A DNA stretch of 41,302 nt, from positions 1 to 41,302 of IMG/VR virus record IMGVR_UViG_3300035562_000122; one strand, 5' to 3'. How positions within the stretch are numbered: position 1 is the first letter of the stretch; each line of letters starts with the position of its first letter. Source of the stretch: a virus (lineage: Duplodnaviria > Caudoviricetes). The notes below the pieces were generated by a model that was given only the letters and a program-made list of their open reading frames with translations, made no database searches and was not told where the DNA came from. Positions 35,094 to 41,302 of this stretch are shown piece by piece. Both the position numbers and the translations under genes were made by a program.

Positions 35094-35119
35094 AACCCGG
35101 CCACTGCGCCGGGTTTTTT
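35094..35119 (+). terminator. Terminator-like hairpin before the tailspike
   Basis: AACCCGGC-CACTGC-GCCGGGTT followed by a T-run. Confidence 0.7.
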
Positions 35120-35130
35120 ATGGAAAAAAT

Positions 35131-37548
35131 ATGGCGACGCAACCTACTAACATGCCGGTACCAAGCGAATCCCCGCGCGACCTGAAATTTAATGCCGGGA
35201 AAATCGATGAGTTCGTAACCTCGCAGGGTTGGACGTATATCGATCGCTTCGGTGGTAAACATTACACCATTGAAGGAATCAACTATCTCGCGCAGCAGGT
35301 GATGAATACGTTCGGCTATGTAACTCTGACCGGCCTGACGTTTACCACAGGTGCTACGGTAGCAAACCCTAACGAAGTGTTGTTCAACACCGCTGACAAC
35401 GCCTATTACAAGTGGACTGGCTCTTTTGCCTCTGGGCCTAAAGTGGTTCCGGCAAATTCAACGCCGGAGTCTACTGGTGGTATCGGTCCTGGTAAATGGC
35501 TGAGTGTTGGTGACACCGTACTGAGATCTGACCTTGCAAGTCATGTAGATGGATTGGGTGATGAAATGCTGGGTGTGCAAATGCCATATGATGGTGGGGC
35601 CCCAACTACTCAGCATGAGGTCAATAAGCGACTGGTAAATATTCTTGATTTTCTAAATGCCCCTGGGGTTCCAGCATCTGGTGATGGCGTTACAGATAAC
35701 GCAGTAGCCTTACAGAAAGCATCATCTGCGGTTGGTGATGGTGGAGTAATTTACTTCCCTAAGCTCGGCGGAACTAATTATCTGTTAGGAGCGGCGACTC
35801 AGGCGTCATGGACAGATCATAGAATTTTAAAAACCGACGACGGGGTGATAATTACTGTTCCAGACAGCGGTTACATCAGTAATACTGCAAAGTTTGACTC
35901 GCTTGTGAAATTGCATTACGCAAGTATCAATAGTAATTTTTATTATCCGAAGTCGATAGGGCGCGAATATGGAGATCGCCCGGTATGGGTGTCAGATAGT
36001 GAAAGAGACACTTCAATTTTGGTTCCTGCTAATCCTGCTGCTGGCGATTTTACTTTCCGTCGGTACTCTAGTGGTTCTGATACGTCAACTGCAGCATCAG
36101 CAACTGCTACGAGCGCTACTGGGTACGTAGTTAGCGAAACATCATCTACATCGCAGACCTGTGGCATGGTTGCGCTGAATGACAAGGAAGAGCTATCTGC
36201 ATATTTTGACTCACCTACCAGCTCAACTACAACATTCTGCGTTGTTATGATTGAATGTACTGCTGGGCGTATCTGGTACAACAACATTGCGAGTAATACG
36301 GCTACGCCGGTGAAGAACATACGTTCTGGTGGCAGCGTGACAACGGCAAACCTGAGCTATCAGGGGATGTCTAACCAACCTGGATATGTTTTTTACAATG
36401 GTGATATTGCTGTCAGACGAGAAACGTCGCAGCACTTTTCATTGCTTGTTAATGGCTTTACTGCTGACTCTGTTGATGTTTCATCCCTTGGTGAGATTAT
36501 TCGCGTAGGTTTTGGGGTTACATCATCCGCAACAGGCAACATTACAGTAAGCCGACCAAGCATCCGACGACTTGGCGATACTGGGCAGATTGGAACATAT
36601 CTGCACATTTGCATTTTTGGTGACTCAATAACGGCAGAAGCACTTGGAGCGAGCTGGCCGAAAGCATTGAAAGCGCTGGATGCAAACAACGGAACCAGGC
36701 TTGTTACTGTTGATAATTATGCCCATGCTGGTGATGATTCTGCAGCACAAAGGTCGGTAATGGATGGCGTGAGCCTTGGAAATTACAACACCACATTAAT
36801 GATGATTGGTGTTAATGATATTCAGGGAGGGGTCCAGGGCGATGTTTATCTTGCCAATATGGAATACATGATCAACAAGGCTGTTAACTCTGGCCATAAG
36901 GTGGTTGTGGCATGCCCAAGCATGTTTTACGGACAGGCGCAGTCAGGTGGTGGAGGGCAGGATACGCAACGAGCAGATCAGGGTAAGTATCATCGCGCAG
37001 GGATTCGACGGATGTGCGCTGATAAAGGGGTTAAATTCATTGAGACAAACCAGATTATAGGCCCTGTTTTCAGTGATTTTATCACTGACCCAGCACTTCG
37101 AAATAAAGACTCAACTGTCGGAGATAACATTCATCCAACCCCAAACACAAACTATCTGATGGCAAGAGCTTTCTACAATGCACTTCGTGGCGTGTATTCA
37201 CCGGCAACATCAATGAATATGCGGCCTAAACCAATGCAGGGAACAACTGGGGCATCAGTAACACCGGGTACTGGATCCGATACTCCGACCTGGTCAAGAG
37301 ATTCAGACGGGAATATATACCTGTCAGGTATTTTGAATTGGACGGGGGGTTCTGCACCTGCTAATGGTACGGTTTTTTATACGCTCCAGCCAAGTGCAAG
37401 ACCTACAAAATCACTGAGGCTTGTTGGGCAGTTCGATGGTGGGATTTGTCGCATCATAGTCGATACAAGCGGTGATATATCTGTATTTGGCATGACAAGC
37501 GGAACGTGGGTTGCTCTTGATACGCTAGCATTTAAGGGCGTTGTGTAA
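35131..37548 (+). CDS. Tailspike with SGNH/GDSL esterase domain
   Basis: Conserved attachment N-terminus (PVPSESPRDLKFNAGKIDEFVTS; YYKWTG..PKVVPANSTPESTGG); SGNH blocks FGDSIT, NYAHAG, IGVND and DNIHP. Confidence 0.85.
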   Translation: MATQPTNMPVPSESPRDLKFNAGKIDEFVTSQGWTYIDRFGGKHYTIEGINYLAQQVMNTFGYVTLTGLTFTTGATVANPNEVLFNTADNAYYKWTGSFASGPKVVPANSTPESTGGIGPGKWLSVGDTVLRSDLASHVDGLGDEMLGVQMPYDGGAPTTQHEVNKRLVNILDFLNAPGVPASGDGVTDNAVALQKASSAVGDGGVIYFPKLGGTNYLLGAATQASWTDHRILKTDDGVIITVPDSGYISNTAKFDSLVKLHYASINSNFYYPKSIGREYGDRPVWVSDSERDTSILVPANPAAGDFTFRRYSSGSDTSTAASATATSATGYVVSETSSTSQTCGMVALNDKEELSAYFDSPTSSTTTFCVVMIECTAGRIWYNNIASNTATPVKNIRSGGSVTTANLSYQGMSNQPGYVFYNGDIAVRRETSQHFSLLVNGFTADSVDVSSLGEIIRVGFGVTSSATGNITVSRPSIRRLGDTGQIGTYLHICIFGDSITAEALGASWPKALKALDANNGTRLVTVDNYAHAGDDSAAQRSVMDGVSLGNYNTTLMMIGVNDIQGGVQGDVYLANMEYMINKAVNSGHKVVVACPSMFYGQAQSGGGGQDTQRADQGKYHRAGIRRMCADKGVKFIETNQIIGPVFSDFITDPALRNKDSTVGDNIHPTPNTNYLMARAFYNALRGVYSPATSMNMRPKPMQGTTGASVTPGTGSDTPTWSRDSDGNIYLSGILNWTGGSAPANGTVFYTLQPSARPTKSLRLVGQFDGGICRIIVDTSGDISVFGMTSGTWVALDTLAFKGVV

Positions 37549-37551
37549 AAT

Positions 37552-37584
37552 AAAAAAGGCCACTATTATGTGGCCTGTTTTTTT
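37552..37584. terminator. Bidirectional intrinsic terminator
   Basis: A6-GGCCAC-TATTAT-GTGGCC-TG-T7 between convergent tailspike and gtrC. Confidence 0.85.
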
Positions 37585-38668
37585 AAATTAGACCTTTTGA
37601 AAGGTTTATGTATATATCTGGAATGAGATATGCTAAGAATACTACGGAGGCTATAGCAATAACCACTCTTACCTTAACATCAATGCGAGTTAGTAAAAAC
37701 CCTATTGGTATAAGATTAACAATTAATGACATGTTTAGTGACCGTGGCGGAAAGTACGGTGACATAAACATAATGAAAGCCATAGCCAAAGACATCAATA
37801 CCGGAATGACAACATAACGGAAATAATCAATCCTACTGATATTTGACTTAGTCAGCATGCTTACGATTATCAGAATCGCTATCACCACTAATGAGTAAGA
37901 AACTGGTAAACTTGTATCAGGAAGTCGCTCAAAAAGGTGTAATTTGAGATGACCAAAGAAGCTCATCTCTCTCCATGCAGCAAAATCAGGGGCGGTCATT
38001 CTAGCCTGATTCCCAGGTGCGAGTATCAGTACCGCAGCTCCTATGCAGAAGGCAATAAACATGTTAACTAATCTGGAGAAATAATGCCTTTCTTTTACCC
38101 ACGCATAGATGACTGCTAATGCACTAAATCCAACAAGTGTAGCACTTGAGCTTTCATTGGTGCATCCTGCAATCAGTGAAAGAATGAAAGCAAAAACCAT
38201 ATTGTCTTTTTTGCCTTCAAATACTCTATAGAAAAGCAGGATATATCCAAGACATAACATAGAGGTCCAAAGATAGTTTGCCGCCCCAACAATCCAGAAA
38301 GTTGTTTGCCCAAGAGCTGGATTGAAAACGATATATGCAACAAACGTACTCACCAGAGCAGCCGCACTAATTGATTTAACATCTTTTTTATACACGAGAG
38401 CTGCTAGCCATATGATAGCAACAACCGGAATCGCATTGATGAAAGACATTAAGTTTCGGTCTGGTGCCTGCAGAATTGCGGAGCTGATAAAATCAGCTAC
38501 AACGCGACCACTCCACCCAAGGTAATGGTTGAATTTTACTGCAAGGTTAAGACCAAGTTTCTGATACGTGAAGTCATCAGAAAGCAGTGGCATAACTAAA
38601 TTGCACGAAAGTGCAATCAGATATATTGACAATAATACAATGATATTCCTGTCTTTATTGCTTATCAC
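37583..38668 (-). CDS. gtrC: GtrC-position polytopic glucosyltransferase (DUF6056-like, GT-C), possibly C-terminally truncated
   Basis: [27 protein letters not shown] and APGN..R motifs; many TM segments; low GC; follows gtrB. Confidence 0.75.
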   Translation of the reverse strand: MISNKDRNIIVLLSIYLIALSCNLVMPLLSDDFTYQKLGLNLAVKFNHYLGWSGRVVADFISSAILQAPDRNLMSFINAIPVVAIIWLAALVYKKDVKSISAAALVSTFVAYIVFNPALGQTTFWIVGAANYLWTSMLCLGYILLFYRVFEGKKDNMVFAFILSLIAGCTNESSSATLVGFSALAVIYAWVKERHYFSRLVNMFIAFCIGAAVLILAPGNQARMTAPDFAAWREMSFFGHLKLHLFERLPDTSLPVSYSLVVIAILIIVSMLTKSNISRIDYFRYVVIPVLMSLAMAFIMFMSPYFPPRSLNMSLIVNLIPIGFLLTRIDVKVRVVIAIASVVFLAYLIPDIYINLSKGLI

Positions 38669-39587
38669 TATTTGTTCCCTTCTTCAAAACAAAGCGCGGG
38701 CGCTCTTTTGTTTCAATGTAAATTCTACCTATGTACTCACCAAGCACGCCAATCCCAATTAGTTGCACACCACCCAAGAACAAAATTGAAACAATTATTG
38801 ATGGATAACCCCTAACGGCATTTCCCCACACCATAGTATCAATAACCATCCACGCGCCATAAATGAACGATATGGCTGAAATTGTCAGTCCGATATACGT
38901 CCATACCCTAAGCGGGAATGTTGAAAAAGATGTTATGCCTTCGAGCGCAAGATTCCATAATTTCCAACCATTAAACTTTGTACTTCCTGCAACCCTCTCT
39001 GCCCTTGCATACTCGACGACCTCAACATTTCCACCAACCCAACTAAGAACACCTTTCATGAATAGGTTTCTTTCTGGTAGCTGTTTTATATTATCGACAG
39101 TATTTCGAGACATCAGCCTAAAATCACCGACATTTTCCTCGATTTTCGGGTTGCTGATTTTGTTGTGCAGCTTATAAAACATCTCTGCTGATTTTCGTTT
39201 TAAATGCCCGTCGGTTGACCGATCAGTTCTCTTTGCCAGAACAACGTCAGCGCCGTTTTTCCACTTTTCTATCATCAGTGGAATTACTTCTATCGGGTCC
39301 TGCAAGTCAACATCAATTGGAATTACAGCATCGCCAGTTGCGTGCTCAAGTCCTGCGAAAAGTGCAGGCTCTTTGCCAAAGTTTCGCGTAAAGCTGACCG
39401 CCTTAACAAGTGGGTCAGAAATAGAAATTTCATTGATAATTGACTCGGTAGAGTCTTTACTTCCATCGTTGATGAAAACAATCTCAATATCATAAGACTT
39501 CAGAGCCTCGAACTCTCTAACAGTCTTATAAAAAATAGGTATTGTTTCCTCTTCATTATAAACAGGAACAACAAGAGATAATTTCAT
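38655..39587 (-). CDS. gtrB: Bactoprenol glucosyltransferase
   Basis: [32 protein letters not shown] and two C-terminal TM segments. Confidence 0.95.
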   Translation of the reverse strand: MKLSLVVPVYNEEETIPIFYKTVREFEALKSYDIEIVFINDGSKDSTESIINEISISDPLVKAVSFTRNFGKEPALFAGLEHATGDAVIPIDVDLQDPIEVIPLMIEKWKNGADVVLAKRTDRSTDGHLKRKSAEMFYKLHNKISNPKIEENVGDFRLMSRNTVDNIKQLPERNLFMKGVLSWVGGNVEVVEYARAERVAGSTKFNGWKLWNLALEGITSFSTFPLRVWTYIGLTISAISFIYGAWMVIDTMVWGNAVRGYPSIIVSILFLGGVQLIGIGVLGEYIGRIYIETKERPRFVLKKGTNSDKQ

Positions 39588-39946
39588 TTAGCTTCCTTGA
39601 AAACAACCAATTTTGAGAAAAAGAAACCACAAATTAGGCTTATTGCAGAAAACTCAATTAGAGTAATGATCGGTGATATTTGATAATAATCAGAAACCTT
39701 ACCAACGATAATACTCATTAGCCCCATAAATGAGACAAACAGGAAGTAGCCGCGAACCTTTAACTTTGCTTTAAATGTATACCGAGCATTTGCAAAGAAG
39801 GAAAAACTGACAGCGACTACGAAAGCAAGAAAGTTTGCTGCTGCCTGGTTTACTGAGAACATGTAGACACCCACCGAAAAGACTATCCAGTGTAAAGCGG
39901 TGTTCAGCACTCCTACAGACACGTATCTTGTAAATAACTTAAGCAT
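39584..39946 (-). CDS. gtrA: Bactoprenol-glucose flippase
   Basis: [38 protein letters not shown]; 120 aa, four TM segments. Confidence 0.93.
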   Translation of the reverse strand: MLKLFTRYVSVGVLNTALHWIVFSVGVYMFSVNQAAANFLAFVVAVSFSFFANARYTFKAKLKVRGYFLFVSFMGLMSIIVGKVSDYYQISPIITLIEFSAISLICGFFFSKLVVFKEAK

Positions 39947-39977
39947 ATGACTAATGTGGTAGTTTTTGATGTGCGAG

Positions 39978-40053
39978 AGTTTATCATTTAAGAGCATTCT
40001 GATCAGCACTTGATCTTACATTACTTCCATTTATACTGTTTAAATGTACAGTG
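39978..40053. promoter_or_regulatory. Divergent promoters (gtr, minus; SOS operon, plus) with two GATC sites and a LexA box
   Basis: Minus: CTGATC-17-TAAACT with extended TG. Plus: TTGATC-16-TATACT. SOS box TACTGTTTAAATGTACAGTG at 40034-40053 (CTGT-N8-ACAG) overlaps the plus-strand -10. Confidence 0.75.
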
Positions 40054-40073
40054 TTATGTGGTGGGCAGGCGTC

Positions 40074-40313
40074 ATGGCGCGCAAATCAGACATTCACTCA
40101 GCCTTTGTTGCTGCAGTTCAACTCAGCCAGAAGGGTTACAGGTTCCTTCAGACAGATGACTTCGTGAGGCAGTTGCGGCTGGTTAATCATCATTTTACGC
40201 CGGATGATGCAAACGCATGGATAGAGCGCAATCAGCCTGATTTCTGCGATAAAACGGCGGACAATGGTAGCAATCGCTACTGGATCCTTCGCAACATGGG
40301 GAGAGTTCACTAA
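40074..40313 (+). CDS. Small SOS-regulated hypothetical protein (79 aa)
   Basis: ATG 40074 downstream of the LexA box; TAATG coupling to the next gene. Confidence 0.75.
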   Translation: MARKSDIHSAFVAAVQLSQKGYRFLQTDDFVRQLRLVNHHFTPDDANAWIERNQPDFCDKTADNGSNRYWILRNMGRVH

Positions 40314-40633
40314 TGGGTTTTCCATCACCGGCTGACGATTATGTAATGCCTAATCTCACCCCAGAGTATCTCTGTGGGGTATCTGCAAACAGCCTGACGA
40401 TAGAGACGTCATCCGGTTATGCAGTCATCGAGAGAACTACCAGATTTGATAGGGGAGACATACTCCTGGCATCCCTTGATGGTCACAGCTATTTCGGAAA
40501 ATGGATGGGTTCTGCCTTTATCACCGAAGATGGTGAAGCGATAGAAGGCGAGGAGCTTGATGACCTGGTGGTTATCGGCGTCCTGACGTTCAGTATCGAC
40601 AGGGTAAAAGAAGACAGCAGCCCGACAGTGTAA
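40313..40633 (+). CDS. UmuD'-like protein lacking recognisable S24 catalytic residues
   Basis: Starts MGFPSPADDY (the UmuD post-cleavage N-terminus); GDILLA and VIGVLT beta-strands are retained; no GDSM Ser motif. Confidence 0.7.
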   Translation: MGFPSPADDYVMPNLTPEYLCGVSANSLTIETSSGYAVIERTTRFDRGDILLASLDGHSYFGKWMGSAFITEDGEAIEGEELDDLVVIGVLTFSIDRVKEDSSPTV

Positions 40634-41302
40634 TCAAATCCGTTTAATCAGCTCAGGGCCATGGTTCTTGACGTTGCCGACAGCCTGAGTAACCGGATGC
40701 CAGGCGAACATGTCGGCCGGCACTGAGCCATCAACTGCGATATTCTCCGCCTCTTTCCCGCAGACTTCCTGGCGCATCCATTCACGTGCGGCTTCTGGTA
40801 ACAGAACGAGCGGCCGCCGGTCGTGAATATCGACCAGACCTTTATCGGCAGCTGCCGTCACTATCAGGAAACCTTCTGCTTCATCACCGCGTTCGAACGG
40901 TGTGCTGCCGATTGCTGCCATGAAGATAGGTTTTCCGTCCGCGCGATGGATGAAATATGGCTGCTTCTTGTTGCCTTCCTTCTTCCATTCGAACCAGCCA
41001 TCAGCAAAACAGATTGCCCGGCCATGCTGCCAGAGGGGTTTAAACATTCTGCTGGTGGCCGCTGATTCAACCCGGGCATTAATCAGCGGCGGCTTATCCC
41101 ACCAACCAGGGGCGTAACCCCATAGCACCGGGTCAAGGTGCAACTCTTCGTCGCGCTCGCTGAGTAGTAGAACTTTGGTGCCTGGCGCCACGTTGTAGCG
41201 TCCGATTGGTTCAGGGTCATATGGGATATCACGATCGGCTTCGTCAGCCAGTATCGCGAGGTATTCTTCACGGGTCATGAATTGCGAGAAACGTCCGCAC
41301 AT
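40634..41302 (-). CDS. yedK: SOS response-associated peptidase (SRAP/HMCES), abasic-site protecting protein
   Basis: MCGRF (catalytic Cys2), RYNVAP, INARVE, DGWFEW, IHDRRPLVL and VGNVKN. Confidence 0.93.
   Translation of the reverse strand: MCGRFSQFMTREEYLAILADEADRDIPYDPEPIGRYNVAPGTKVLLLSERDEELHLDPVLWGYAPGWWDKPPLINARVESAATSRMFKPLWQHGRAICFADGWFEWKKEGNKKQPYFIHRADGKPIFMAAIGSTPFERGDEAEGFLIVTAAADKGLVDIHDRRPLVLLPEAAREWMRQEVCGKEAENIAVDGSVPADMFAWHPVTQAVGNVKNHGPELIKRI

Larger units (their letters stand above)
1..41302. mobile_element. Lambdoid temperate siphovirus prophage (partial; integrase/att outside window)
   Basis: Canonical lambdoid order: Red recombination, immunity, replication, nin, Q, lysis, terminase, head, tail, then morons. 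Confidence 0.97.

Noticed and set aside
1-41302. Integrase, att sites, IS elements, retron/DGR reverse transcriptase or known defence systems
   Set aside because: No corresponding ORFs, terminal repeats or TR/VR pairs were seen; the window begins inside exo and ends at the yedK start.

Overview
The whole 41.3-kb window is one lambdoid temperate siphovirus prophage (enterobacterial type). It is cut on the left inside the Red exonuclease gene, so int/xis and att sites are not visible. The leftward early operon carries exo, a Zn-finger insert, bet, a gam-position gene, a coiled-coil protein, kilR and small ORFs. It is preceded by a ~700-nt ORF-poor, hairpin-dense PL leader with no recognisable N gene. 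The immunity region has a rex-position lipoprotein, an S24-type CI, Cro and a YdaT/CII-like gene, with readable OL/OR operators. Next come a T5orf172/GIY-YIG gene, O- and P-type replication genes with iterons, the Ea/nin region, a phage-82-type Q with PR'/tR', tRNA-Asn(GTT), lysis genes (dual-start holin, GH24 endolysin, embedded spanins), Rha and a metallopeptidase. The structural block has a PBSX-type terminase, head genes, siphoviral tail genes and an SGNH-esterase tailspike. The right end holds a convergent gtrABC-type serotype-conversion operon and a LexA-boxed two-gene operon (small protein plus a catalytically dead UmuD'-like protein) converging on an SRAP/YedK gene. The most interesting items are the modular structured-RNA PL leader with a strong-SD minigene, the SOS/UmuD'-mimic/SRAP module sharing a Dam-site divergent promoter with gtr, the esterase tailspike-gtr pairing, and a spanin pair that looks like an overlapped-to-embedded intermediate. 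All family calls are from motif recognition by eye; no searches were run.
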